A stretch of 63,478 bases of DNA, filler included, from Octopus bimaculoides (lineage: Eukaryota), in assembly GCF_001194135.2 (NCBI RefSeq). It is 4 parts of 4 records of this genome, joined end to end, with 100 filler letters (N's around TTAATTAATTAA, not from the genome) between each part and the next. Parts side by side here need not be neighbours in the genome. Positions count along the whole stretch, not along the records: positions 1 to 31,947 come from NC_068989.1; positions 32,048 to 59,851 come from NC_068996.1; 2 more parts are not named here. One strand, 5' to 3'. The notes under the pieces were generated by a model. That model did no database searches, had not been told where the DNA came from, and was given only the letters and a program-made list of their open reading frames with translations. A program made the position numbers and the translations under genes. Shown here piece by piece: positions 22,860-35,333 of this stretch. How positions within the stretch are numbered: position 1 is the stretch's first letter; the number at the start of each line of letters is the position of its first letter.

Positions 22860-23420
22860 CTTCAGGTTTTGGAGAAACTATGTTGTTTCATTTTTGTTAC
22901 AATTTCATCAGAATTAGGGCATTTTGATGCCGAGCAATTTTGATACAGTCTTCGGGATTCAATCAATTTCTCTGCTTTGCTTTAATGTTCATTAAAGTGG
23001 AAAACCATTGTTCGTAAAGGTAGGTTGTTGCAAAAAAGCAGCAACATTTTGACTGCCTCCTCATGTGTAATTTTGAAAGACTTTGCAGCAATTAACGTCC
23101 AAAAATGTCTTCTAAACACGTCTATTACATTGGACAGATGCAGTGTTGCCAGAAACAAATTTCTGTCGTAACAAAGAACACGTTTTTTTTATATAATTTT
23201 ATATGTCTAATGAGTCCTCATTACCCGCAAGAATTTCATTTTTTCCCCACTTGGAGTAATTTACCCGTTCCGCCGATCCATAGTTTAACAACTCTCCTAC
23301 GACTAAACACTTTGTCTTTAACATTACAAAAAATGACGTCACATATTTTCATAGATCTGACATTGGTTAACATTGATGATACAGGCGTAAATAGCAAGAA
23401 TATGTTACTGATAAACATTT
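22860..23420 (-). mobile_element. hAT (Charlie/Buster-like) transposase remnant
   Basis: Minus strand reads AVKMLLLFATTYLYEQWFSTLMNIKAKQRN (hAT dimerisation-domain pattern) and NVKDKVFS...KLW. Confidence 0.7.
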
Positions 23421-24017
23421 AAGCCAATTCAACTCATTTTACATAATTTAGTGTTATTTATAAAATATTTAAATGCATGGCATTTATTTACCGAACCAAT
23501 ATTCTACCTTATAATATTCCCTTAATTCTGTATCAATATCCATGTCTGTAACATCTGGTTTCTCTGCCAAAGTTGTAAATTTGGCAGAGTTTCTACTTTA
23601 CATGCCTGCCAAATCGGGTGTAGATATTTCTGTATTCATTCGTTGTAGCTAACATTTGGCAACTTAGTAAATAAAGTATATATACACTTCGTTTTAAATA
23701 CTTTTCGTCTTTTCGCAGTCTCGATGCTGTCTGCAGATAGTTGCTGGTGTTTCCTTTTGATGCCAAACAGCCTGCCTAACAACGTCTCTGATTCCATTGC
23801 ATAAAACCTACCCTTTTAAATTTTCATATCTAAATTCAATTTTGCTATAAATTTATGTAAAAATCATTTGTTAAGTTGTTTTCCACACACTTAACTTAAT
23901 GACGACAACATTACTTGACAAATTCTCTCAAAATTTTTAATTATTTAAAACAGATAATAATGATGATGATGATGAAGATGATGGTGATGATGATAAGAAT
24001 ATCAAAAATAATAATAA

Positions 24018-24215
24018 TGTTGGTTTCAAAATTTGGCATTAGGATGGAAATCTGGGTAGTGGAGGGGTAATTCGATTGCATCGACCCCATTGCTCAGCTG
24101 GCGCTTATTTTATAACTCCAAAAGGATGAACGGCTAAGTCGACCTCAGAACATAAAGACAGACGAAATGCTGCTTGGCATGTTGTCCGGCAAACTAATGG
24201 TTTTACCATCTCACC
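24018..24215 (-). mobile_element. SINE family B copy
   Basis: Reverse-complement match to the family. Confidence 0.7.
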
Positions 24216-24249
24216 GGTGATGGTGATGATGATGATGATGATGATGATG

Positions 24250-24321
<72 letters not shown>

Positions 24322-24324
24322 TAT

Positions 24325-24490
24325 CTTGATGCAGTACCATTGACTCCCATGACTTTTGATTTTAACTGATCGGAAGTGTTATCATGTACATACTTTGTTT
24401 TGGTCTAAAAGACAAGCTACTGCAAATATTCTGCTCAATACTACAGATTTGTTTGGCAGTTGTTTGACCTTATCCAGTTATTAAGCAATG
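24325..24490 (+). repeat. Unclassified (AAT)n-flanked repeat, fragment
   Basis: Matches the reverse complement of 38390-38550 (GATGCAGTACC...GAAGTGTTATCATGTACA...GCAAATATTCTGCTCA). Confidence 0.75.
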
Positions 24491-24689
24491 TAACGGAAGT
24501 ATAATCTATAGTATTTGTTAGAAGAGATTTGGGGGATTCATCGTTGTTTATCAGATTGAGTTTCAATCGAGTGTTATACGACGTCGACGACAACGACCAA
24601 TAACAATAATAATAATAATGATATGAGAGAATCTCCTAATAACACCCTTAATTTTGATTTCTCCCTAAATAGTACTGCATCTTCCCTTT

Positions 24690-25140
24690 CCACCAATAAC
24701 CCACGAAGGACTGATAGCTGTAACTACCGATCCGCAACCGAATGCCCGTTGCAAGCCCAATGCGGAAGGTTTAACGTAGTATACAAATGCACGGCCCACA
24801 ACATATTGCATAATTCAACTATTTGCCGTTTGCAGGTCTAGTATTAATCTTGAACAGAAACATTCTGCACATACAAACTCATATAAGTACGAGGAGCATA
24901 GCAAATCTACCTCCCTAGCCAACCACATACACCATCTAATAAATACAAGGATACCATATAAGATATCCAGGGCCATGATAGATTCCGGGTTCCTATACCA
25001 AAGCCACCGATCCATTTGTGGACTACACCTAAAAGAAGCTCTCTAAATATTAATACATAATTCACTGCAGTTACTAAATAAACAACACGAAGCTTTTTCT
25101 ACATGTTGCCATAGGCTCTATCGCACCTTTAAATTCTCCT
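24690..25140 (+). mobile_element. Penelope-like element, GIY-YIG endonuclease remnant
   Basis: SCNYRSATECPLQAQCGRFNVVYKC, frameshift, then KHSAHTNSYKYEEHSKSTSLANHIHHL...ICGLHLKEAL*IL...LLN, the layout of Penelope C-termini. Confidence 0.8.
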
Positions 25141-25199
25141 CTAGGTCCAAATGCAAACAAAATCAATTCACATAACACCTCCATCCACGATCGTTACAA

Positions 25200-25430
<231 letters not shown>

Positions 25431-25866
25431 GTATATATACGCTTATATATGTTTATATACATGTGTATGTTTGTGTGTACGCTTTTTTCTTTCCTTTTTT
25501 CTTTTCCTTTTGCTTTCCTCTACCTCTCTCTCAACATATACACCCACTCACAAAACCCATTTATGTCTATCTTACTTTCTCGCTTTATATACATATTTAC
25601 ATACTATCTTTCAAAATACTGCCAAAATAACACCTGGTTTACCTGGGATTTTAACTAAGGACCTGTACCTTCATAGAAGTACCGACCAACGTCCATATCC
25701 TCTAGAAAAAGATAAGTTGTTAACATTATTCTCCCGCCTGTATTCTACCTTTACTCTTTATTCTTCAATTTACTCCATTATTCTTCTATTATATTCCTTA
25801 TAAGCTATGAATATAGTTTATTCCTTGTAAACTGTAAATTTTCCCTGACTAAAATATTCATACTTT

Positions 25867-25942
25867 GTCTCTGATGACAGGATAGCGACTGCGTGAATAT
25901 GCTAACTTACCACTTGAGTAACCCCAGAAACTGCTGTAAGAC
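25867..25942 (+). ncRNA. Type I hammerhead ribozyme motif, stem II decayed, in the putative Penelope 3' repeat
   Basis: GTCT-CTGATGA-N49-GAA-ACTGCTGT-A-AGAC; stem I GTCT/AGAC is perfect; stem III is one change from the palindrome ACTGCAGT. Confidence 0.6.
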
Positions 25943-26915
25943 TTCATCTTACCCTAATTCAATTATTTTAAATGACTTGAGATACTCGTTCTGCTTTGTT
26001 TTTGTTTTTTCCTCTAATATAATATACCTGCTATTACGGAACCCTAAAACAGGTTAAGAGTGTACACTTTATAATAAATCCAAAGTGGAAACAAGTGAAA
26101 GAAATTTTGCTATTTCACTCAAAACTTCTGACAAATTGCATAACCAAACTGGTACCAAATGTTATGTTCTTCCCTGTTTTGGACAGCACCAATGAGAGTA
26201 AGCGCGAGGCAGGGTTTTGACGTCTTGGTACCCCAGGATCTCCATACAACCTAATTGGGCTTGCGACCTGGCAAGGTCACTTCCGTTACTGGCCAGTGAT
26301 ACAAACTACAATGTCTCTCGAGACAGCTGGACGCTAGAACTTCTAACATATTGTCCATTCCAATATCTAACAATAAATCGCATGAACGTCAGACACCGCT
26401 GTTTTTTTTTTCTTACATGTGTTTACTTTATTAATTATTCCAGTGTTCACTTTGATATGACTGAAACTATTGGAGACATTAAGTCTGAACACTTTTATCA
26501 ACAATTGTTAATCAAAAAGAAAACCAAAATATTCGTTCCAAAAAAATTTCCATCGAGTTAATTGGATATTAACTACATGATCCAGTATCACTGAACATGT
26601 GTATTTGTTGGGTGAGTTATGGAGTGTATGAAAAAACGCAATGAAGTAGACGTAAGACGACATACATTAGGAATACAGCAGAGACATCATTCTACAGTTT
26701 TACAGTTTCTTCCTTATACTGGTGGTTATAATAATTAGTATTGGTAGCTATAATAGTTATTTTGATGTCTATAATAGTATTGTCTATGACAGTTATTGGT
26801 GGATATAGGATATGTACGCATGTATGTATGTATGAATGTATGTAAGCATGTATACATGCATGCATGAGTGTATGTATATATATAGATTGTTGTGTGTAGG
26901 GAGAGTCATTACGAA

Positions 26916-26947
<32 letters not shown>

Positions 26948-27424
26948 NNNNNNNNNNNNNNNNNNNNNNNNNNNNNNNNNNNNNNNNNNNNNNNNNNNNN
27001 NNNNNNNNNNNNNNNNNNNNNNNNNNNNNNNNNNNNNNNNNNNNNNNNNNNNNNNNNNNNNNNNNNNNNNNNNNNNNNNNNNNNNNNNNNNNNNNACACC
27101 ACACAAGCAACATACACACACACACAACTACACAAAGGACTACCACTCTTGATACCATGCTTTTGAATTCTTCCTACAACGTTAAGAGACACAAAGTTCA
27201 CTCACACATACACATATAAACAGCCAACACCACACAAGCAACATACACACACACACACACACACTCAGAGTTGCGCGCACACACATACTCCCTCTCTTAC
27301 ACTCTCCTGTCTTAGAAAGAACTTTTTCTTCACCCATTCCCTCCCGGTCATTTCAAAATGTAACCACATGTGAATCGTTGCCGATTTTCGTCCACCGTCT
27401 GCCTTTTCTATTGGACTTTTTTCT

Positions 27425-27459
27425 GTCTCTGAAGAAGAGCTTTGCTCGAAACGTCAAAC
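27425..27459 (+). ncRNA. Minimal type I hammerhead ribozyme, near intact
   Basis: GTCT-CTGAAGA-A-GAGC-TTT-GCTC-GAA-ACGT-C-AAAC: full core, 4-bp stem II, palindromic ACGT, GUC triplet; one stem I mismatch. Confidence 0.7.
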
Positions 27460-27540
27460 CATCTTTCTTTCCTTCACTGAGCGTCTGATAATACTTTACA
27501 TGTACCACGTCCTCGCGTTGTTTTTTTTTGTGTTTTCTGA

Positions 27541-28387
27541 GCTTGTCAAATTCTTCTGCCGAAATATGATCACAACGAATACTCATGTCGGTCACCTCGA
27601 GGCCGTATCCCCATCAGTTCACCTCAATCTCTCCTGCTACTTTCAAAACCTTCACCTCCTCCTCCGTGTTATATATAACGGCTGCCACCACCACGCCTCA
27701 TCAGTCTCCGGGGACACTCTGCAAATCCTCATTCTGGCCACACGTTTGCCACAGCAAGTAGGCAGCAGCACCCACTCTGATGTCCCCAACGCCACAGTGG
27801 ATTGGGTCATCGGGTCCTGTTCGCTCGCGAACCCAACGTCTACTGTGCCGCACTTTTTCCCTCTGGTATAGAATATCGTGAGGCTTTTTACCTTCCTAAG
27901 ACACTCCTTCAATGCTTCCACAGTAGCTATTTCAATTTTTTTCGTTGCCCTGGACAGCGTTCTGTATACCACCGTCCGCCTAGCTACACTCGCTGTCAAA
28001 TCCTGCGGCGGGGTCAACCTCAGGCTGGCTCCGCTCCTCCCGACAAGCCTGTTGAACCACTTCAATCTCCCCTCCTCCAATTTCACCCCTCGAACCCGCA
28101 GAACGTCCGCAGCAAAGCCTCTTCCAGTTGCTGCAGCACAGCTCCGGCTGGAACCGGCTCGCCTTTTATCGCTTCCCCTCCCACAACTTCACCTACAAAC
28201 GAGGAAGAAAACAAATATAACAGGCAAAAATAACAGTAATGAACAATTCAACAATTAGGCCAAACAACCAGGCTCACCTCTACGGGAGACCCCCAACTAC
28301 CAATCAAAAATGCGATACACGGGGATCAAAAAATGACCAAATTGAACGGCAAAAAACCCAGCATGGACTCGACCAAACTACGAACTG
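27541..28387 (-). mobile_element. Tx1/L1-type LINE: 5' UTR plus part of ORF1 (copy A, 3'-truncated)
   Basis: ORF 27652-28086 is homologous to 29534-30046; starts CAGTTCGTAGTTTGGTCGAGTCC. Confidence 0.75.
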
Positions 28388-30227
28388 ATTTCCTTTATTG
28401 AGCACTCAGGCTCGATAAAGAGGGGTCAATACAAGGACAGACAACACAGCACAGTGGGGTACATAAAACATATAACGAACGAACGACATTTATGAATTAT
28501 AATGAAGAAAATGAAAGATGAAATATCTTACCTGCTCCCCACTCGCAGGCAGTGTCATTTAACTTTTTGCATCTTTTTAAAAATCACTATTAATTTTTTA
28601 AATTTTTACTTACTTTCTTTTTTTCACGTTAGATACTGCCTCAATTCGTCAAATTCCACCACTGGTGGAAATTCATCAAATTGAACCTGTATTGGCGTTA
28701 TCTCTATTTTATCTCCAAACGGTTCTTTTAATTTCTCGCCTCTCGCTCTATCAAGCAAGATTGCTTTAGAGTTTTCATTGAACTCTTTCGGCGTTAATCT
28801 CACCCTAATTACAGATTTTATTTTGGTAACCTTTTTCTCAATTTCAACATTTTTTGTATATTCTATCATATTCCATATATGTTCCCCCTTCTGTAATCCT
28901 TCCTGTCTTCCATTATTGGTCTCCTCTGATGTTACTGGTATTGATACCTCTTTCTTCTCTATAGCTTTCTCAATCGATGCTGCTGGCATCTCCCGTCTTT
29001 CTTTCTTTCGCTTCTGCAACTTCACTTTCTCCTCCGCGCTGGTTTCCCTTGGTGTTGCTGGTCTCTCACACTGAGCTTCCTCTGCATTTTCTTTTCTCTT
29101 TTTTGGGCGGACTTTTTGGTGGTGAGTCCGCGTTTCCTTCTCTCTTCTTTCTCTTCACCACCGTATACTTTTCCACCACATTTTCTGTACTCTTTTCGCC
29201 GACTGGCTTTTGCTCCTCAACGTTTTGCTCCCTTTTCCTCTCCATACTGTTCCTGTTCCATCACTTCCTCGTCGTGTTTCTGGGGTACCTTGCCTTCATA
29301 TGTCCCCGTACTCCACACTGGTAGCAGATGGGAGGTATTCCCTCCACTACCACTCTCAATTTCACTTCCTCCGACAGTATGACCTCTTCTGCAATTTTAT
29401 GCAAATTCCGCAAACTGACCTGGACCGCCACTTCGAGGCCGTATCACCATCAGTTTACCTCAGTCGTTCTTGTTACTTTCAAAACTTTAGCTTCCTCCTC
29501 TGTGTTATGCATAATGGCTGCCACCAGCCACTCCTAGTCAATCTCAGGGGGAATTCTGCTGATTCTTACCCTGGCCACACGTTTGCCACAGTAAGTAGGC
29601 AGTAGTACCCACGCTGATGACCTTAACGCCACAGTGGAGTGGTTTATCGCGTCCTGTTCGCTCGCAAGCCTAACCTCCACTGTGCCGTACTTTTTCTCTC
29701 TAGTATAGAATGTTGTGAGGCTTTTTACCTCCTTCAGACCCTCTTCCAATGCTTCCACAGTAGCTATTTCAATTTTTTTCGTTGCCGTGGACAGCGTTTT
29801 ATATACTACTGTCCGCTTGGTTACATTCGCTGTCAAATCCTGCGGCGGGGTCAACCTCAGGCTGGTACTGTCCTTCTGAATAAGCTTATTGAACTGCTTC
29901 AAATTCTTTTCTTCCATTTTCACCTCTCGAACCTGTAGAACGTCTGCAGTTAAGCTTCTTCCAGTTGCTGCAGCATAGTTGCCCACTGGCTCGCTTTCCA
30001 TCATTTCTTTTCTTACAACTTCACCCATAAATGGGGAAGAAAACAAATATAACAGGCAAAAATAACAGCAATGAACAATTCAATAATTCAACAATTAGGT
30101 TAAACAACCAGGCTCACCCCTACGGGAGACCCGCAACGACCAATCAACAATGCGATTTACCAGCATCAAAAAATGACCAAATCGAGTAGCAAAAAAGCCA
30201 GCATGGACTCGACCATACTACGAACTG
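28388..30227 (-). mobile_element. ORF1-only Tx1/L1-type element (copy B, HAL1-like)
   Basis: 5' CAGTTCGTAGTATGGTCGAGTCC; gag-like ORF1 with knuckle CYQCGVRGHMKARYP (CCHC, last Cys lost) and a charged tail ending at 28624; about 235-nt 3' region with AATAAA (28394-28399); no EN or RT. Confidence 0.7.
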
Positions 30228-30674
30228 CCGACTGCGTCAGACCGCTAATATGTAGTGGTCCCGTCTATTCTCGTCAGTGAGTGTCATATTCTCGCCACAA
30301 CACTTCATTATTCTTGTCTTTTGCAACAATATCCGGTTTATTATCTTTCATGGTTCTGTCTATATGTACTGGAATGAATAGTGATTATTGGTGGAAAAGG
30401 AAGATGTAGTACTATTATTTATGAAGAAATTAAAACGAATAGTTCATTTTCTCCCTAAGTTACAACCTCAGGAAGGCGATTATACCACTTGTCAATAGTT
30501 CTAATTTTATAATTCCGACATATTAAGCAGTGTAGATATTGGCCGACTCTGTCATATCTTGATATATACTCTGCTGGTGCTAAAACTTTACTACATCCAG
30601 AGTGGTCCACTGTTTCGATCTCATCATTGCAGAATCGGCATATTGGATCTTCTCCATTTCATCACATTGGCTCG

Positions 30675-30802
30675 GTAGTTTCGAGATCCGCTCAGAAGGC
30701 TTTGGTCGGCCCGAGGGTATAGTAGAAGACACTTGCCCAAGGTGCCACGCAGTGGGACAACTCGGAACCATGTGGTTGGGAGGCCAGATTCTTACCACAC
30801 AA
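30675..30802 (-). mobile_element. SINE family A head
   Basis: GAAGACACTTGCCCAAGGTGCCACGCAGTGGGAC. Confidence 0.85.
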
Positions 30803-31449
30803 ATACTACTGTACCTATATATATANNNNNNNNNNNNNNNNNNNNNNNNNNNNNNNNNNNNNNNNNNNNNNNNNNNNNNNNNNNNNNNNNNNNNNNNNNN
30901 NATATATATATAAATGTATATTTATATATACATATATAATGCGAAAACATCTTGCAAACACGACAGTAGAAAAAATTGAAATAAAATTAATAATTATATA
31001 TCCATTCTGTGCAGCCTAGTTTGCAAATGATCTACGGTCCAGACGGTTGAAAGACACTGACCTACTGAATCAGTACCAAATGGTATATTACATCCGACAC
31101 AAGACACTTTCTACACAGTCATCACCTAATACGATAGCATAAGATATAGTCTTACATAATCGCATAACTCACATTCTATAGAATTTACCACGCAATACTA
31201 TAACACTCCCTACACAACATGCTACACAGCAAAGACGAAACTTCGAAATAATTTCGGATATAACAACAGAAAAAGCAACATCATCATCATCAACAACAAC
31301 AACAACAACAAATCCGTCAAGGAAGCATAACTTCTGCTGTATACAAGCAAGCTACTGCGTTCTTCGAATACAAAGTTGCACACACCTATGAATACGGAGA
31401 TGCACCTGGCGATGCAGCAAATATCCTCATAAAACTGTTAAAACATGAT

Positions 31450-31454
31450 TGATG

Positions 31455-31512
<58 letters not shown>

Positions 31513-31700
31513 TAATAATAACAGCAACAACAACAGCAACAGCAGCAACAACAGCAACTAACGCTAATAATGATGATAATGATGAGCTGAAGAAGAAGAA
31601 GAAGAAGAAGAAGAAGAAGAAGAAGAAGAAGAAGAAGAAGAAGAAGAAGAAGAAGAAGAAGAAGAAGAAGAAGAAGAAGAAGATGATGATGATGATGACG
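31450..31700. repeat. Compound trinucleotide tract (AAT)(CAA/CAG)(GAA)(GAT)
   Basis: Read directly from the sequence. Confidence 0.95.
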
Positions 31701-31906
31701 ATTTCCTTCTACTTTTGGCACAAGGTCAAAGTAAAAAAAACTAGGATAAGGTGTTCGTTTATTCGATTACACGGATCCCCGTACTTGAATGATACTTCAT
31801 TTCTATCGAGTCCGAAAAGATGAAAGACAAAGTTGACCTCATTGATATTGGAACACAGAACGCAAAGAACCGGTTGGCATTTTGTTCGGCGCTCTCGCTC
31901 TCTCTC

Positions 31907-31947
<41 letters not shown>

Positions 31948-32047
31948 NNNNNNNNNNNNNNNNNNNNNNNNNNNNNNNNNNNNNNNNNNNNTTAATTAAT
32001 TAANNNNNNNNNNNNNNNNNNNNNNNNNNNNNNNNNNNNNNNNNNNN
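31948..32047. other. Synthetic scaffold join N44-TTAATTAATTAA-N44
   Basis: Exactly 100 nt; the 12-mer has stops in all six frames; identical at 59852 and 61917. Confidence 0.93.
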
Positions 32048-32217
32048 GACAGGGGGCATCCCTGACGAACCGAACGTGCAATGTCGAAGGGTCCCGATAG
32101 ACGTCCATTGACGCGAACAACCGAATGGATGGCTGTGTACAAGGCAGCCATCCAGCCGCAGAAAACGGGACCGAAGCCGGCCGCTTCGAGGACGGCCTCC
32201 AAGTATCGATGGCCTAC

Positions 32218-32218
<1 letters not shown>
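32048..32218 (-). mobile_element. Tx1/L1-type reverse transcriptase fragment
   Basis: GHRYLEAVLEAAGFGPVFCGW...VRVNGRLSGPFDIARSVRQGCPL. Confidence 0.85.
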
Positions 32219-32249
<31 letters not shown>

Positions 32250-32361
32250 TAGATAGATAGAATAATGAACTTATTGTATACAGCTCTCAGGTGCACTACA
32301 ACTCCTCAGAAAAAGTAACCAAAACTCATAAAATATGTACAGGAAGTGAACAGTGATATAT

Positions 32362-32392
<31 letters not shown>

Positions 32393-32484
32393 TATACATA
32401 TGATGGGCTTGCCAAAAATATCATTGTGTCAGAGTGAAATAGAACTCGGAATTTTGTGGTCTTTACAGATTGCATGAATTATTA

Positions 32485-33070
32485 TGAGCTGGCAGAAACA
32501 TGAGCATGCTTGGCAAAATACTTGGCAGTATTTCATCTGTCCTTACGTTCTGAGTTCAAATTGCACTGAGGTTGACTTTACCTTTTATCCTTTTGGGGGT
32601 CGATAAATTAAGTACCAGTGAAACACTGCGGTCAATGCAATTGACTAGTCTTCTCCCCCAAAATTGTGTCTTGTGTCTATAATAGAAAGAATTATTATTA
32701 TTGTCATTATGAAGGTGGCAAGCTGGCAGAATCATTAGGATAATTAGTGAAATGCTTAGCGGTATTTCATTTGTCTTCACATTCTAAGTTTAAATTCTGC
32801 TGAAGTTGATTTTTCTCTTTCATCTCCTTTTGGGATCAATGAAATAACTACCAGTTAAATATTGGGGGCTGATGTAATTGACTAACCTCCTCTCTTGAAA
32901 TTGCTGGCCTTGTGCCAAAATTTGAAACCATTATCATTATTATCCTACCAAGGTTGACTTTGCCTTTCACCCTTTTGGGTTCAATAAAATAAGTACCAGC
33001 CAAGTAATGGGATTGATGTAATCAACCAGCCCCTTCCCCACAGCATTTCAGGCCTTGTAGCTATAGTAAA
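32485..33070 (+). mobile_element. Three tandem SINE family B copies
   Basis: Approx. 32485-32690, 32712-32930, 32945-33070, separated by (ATT) tails. Confidence 0.75.
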
Positions 33071-33283
33071 AGGGTTTTTAATTTTTTTTTATAATTACTA
33101 TTGTTATTGTTATTATTATTGCCTTTCATTGTTCAGGGTGAAATAAAATAAAGTATAATAAAATTCAAGTATTAGGGGTAGGTGAGGGTTGATATAATCC
33201 TCTTTACTCTCCCTCCAAAATATGTGGTTTTGAAATTATTTAAAAGAAATTGTTTTCATTTTTTTTTTTTTTTTTTTTTTCAG

Positions 33284-33351
33284 GCATCTTTGAGAAGTCT
33301 TGCCAGAAGGCTTATGAAGAAGTAGTTACTTTCATCAAATCACAGTTATAA
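33284..33351 (+). CDS. Putative terminal coding exon of an unidentified host gene (xIFEKSCQKAYEEVVTFIKSQL*)
   Basis: Long poly-T tract plus CAG|G acceptor; 21 non-repetitive codons to TAA; followed by AT-rich UTR-like DNA with AATAAA at 33690, 33913, 33986. Confidence 0.6.
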
Positions 33352-34139
33352 ACCAAGACCAATTTTGTGGTTTCATCCATACGATATTTTTCTCTGTCTC
33401 TTTCACTCACACACTCCCACCTCGTTTNNNNNNNNNNNNNNNNNNNNNNNNNNNNNNNNNNNNNNNNNNNNNNNNNNNNNNNNNNNNNNNNNNNNNNNNN
33501 NNNNNNNNNNNNNNNNNNNNNNNNNNNNNNNNNNNNNNNNNNNNNNNNNNNNNNNNNNNNNNNNNNNNNNNNNNNNNNNNNNNNNNNNNNNNNNNNNACA
33601 CATATAGTTATATATATATGATCTATATGTATATACGTATATAAAATATATTATTTTTTTTTGTGTCAGTTTTAAAAATGAATTGCCTTAATAAAATTCT
33701 GCTTCCTGACATGTTACAAAAATGTTTAATCTGTTCTGGTCTAAGCTTTGTGTGTTCTTCAATTCAATATTCTGTATAATTTTCATATTGCACAAAGTAA
33801 AACAACTTCCACTATCAGTGTGTCATTCAAAAGTCAGGAGACACTCTTTGGAAGGAGGTGATATTTTTTTTTTTTTTTTTTAAACAAATGCTTGTAAGTT
33901 TGTGTCCTGAAAAATAAAATAAAATATATATAAAAAAAAACATATATCTACAAAACAGAATTATATGGAAACTGTATTCTGTGATAAATAAATTCCAAGT
34001 TTAAGACCAAAAGAATGTATTTGTCTTTATTGTTAATACTTTGTCAGCATTAAAATTATTATTTTTGTTGTTATTTAACCTCAGGTAAGCTGACTTGTCA
34101 TCAGAGTATTCCAGCTATCTGTTATTTGTTTCAATGATT

Positions 34140-34335
34140 AGACTGTGGCCATGCTGGGGCATTGCCTTGAAGAATCGTTTTAGTTGAATGTATTGACCCC
34201 AGTACTTTTTTTTTAAGCCTGTCACTTATTCTATCAGTCTCTTTTGCTGAATTGCTAAGTTATAGGACATAAACACACCAACACCAGTTGCCAAGCACAG
34301 GTGGGGGAAAATATGGATACAAAGCCACACACACA
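34140..34335 (-). mobile_element. SINE family A tail and body
   Basis: GACTGTGGCCATGCTGGGGCA... Confidence 0.75.
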
Positions 34336-34338
34336 CAG

Positions 34339-34378
<40 letters not shown>

Positions 34379-34959
34379 NNNNNNNNNNNNNNNNNNNNNN
34401 NNNNNNNNNNNNNNNNNNNNNNNNNNNNNNNNNNNNNNNNNNNNNNNNNNNNNNNNNNNNNNNNNNNNNNNNNNNNNNNNNNNNNNNNNNNNNNNNNNNN
34501 NNNNNNNNNNNNNNNNNNNNNNNNNNNNNNNNNNNNNNNNNNNNNNNNNNNNNNNNNNNNNNNNNNNNNNNNNNNNNNNNNNNNNNNNNNNNNNNNNNNN
34601 NNNNNNNNNNNNNNNNNNNNNNNNNNNNNNNNNNNNNNNNNNNNNNNNNNNNNNNNTTTTTTTTTTTTTTTTTTGTTCTTTCCTAATAGGGTACTACATT
34701 GTGTAAAGTATCTGTTTCTCAGGCTTTGCAAATTGAGAGAGCTTTAACTGCTATATCTTTGAAATCAAGCAACCACATAGATAGACATCTTTCATTGGCT
34801 TAGGATAATCATGGGTAGCCTATGGCCTGTGAGAGGGACTTTCTGAATGGTACACTCTAACAAAAACAATTTCCTTGAATTATGTGACTTGCCTAATGGC
34901 AAACTCTATCTTCAGGTAGCCTGCTTCTTTGAAAAAGTTGCCTGTGCCTGGTTTATCTT

Positions 34960-35333
34960 TTACTTGTTCCAATCACTAGATTGTGGCCATGCTGGAGCAC
35001 TGTCATCAAGAATTTTTAGTTGAATGAATTGACCCAGTACTTTTTAAAAAATCTGGTACTTATTCTATCCATCACTTTTGCTGAACTGCTAAGTTATGGG
35101 GGCATAAACACATCAGCACAAGTTGTCAAAGAAGGGACAAATAGAAATACAAAGACATACACACACATGATGGGCTTCTTTCAGTTTCCATCTATCAAAT
35201 CCACACACAAGGCTTTGTGTCGGTCCGAGGCTATAGCAGAAGACACTTGCCCAAGATGCCACGTAGTGGGACTGAACCTGGAACCAGGTAGTTGGGAAGC
35301 AAGCTTCTTACCACACAGCCATGCCTGTGCCTG
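34960..35333 (-). mobile_element. SINE family A, near full length
   Basis: Tail, body and head in reverse. Confidence 0.8.

Noticed and set aside
26217-26400. GC-richer island as an exon (GSPYNLIGLATWQG)
   Set aside because: Weak splice signals and no recognisable domain in six frames.
31264-31452. Short frame QQ...SITSAVYKQATAFFEYKVAHTYEYGDAPGDAANILIKLLKHD
   Set aside because: No start codon or acceptor, bounded by microsatellites, no family recognised.
32048-32218. RT fragment as the missing ORF2 of the ORF1-only element
   Set aside because: It lies upstream of ORF1 in element orientation and across a synthetic join.
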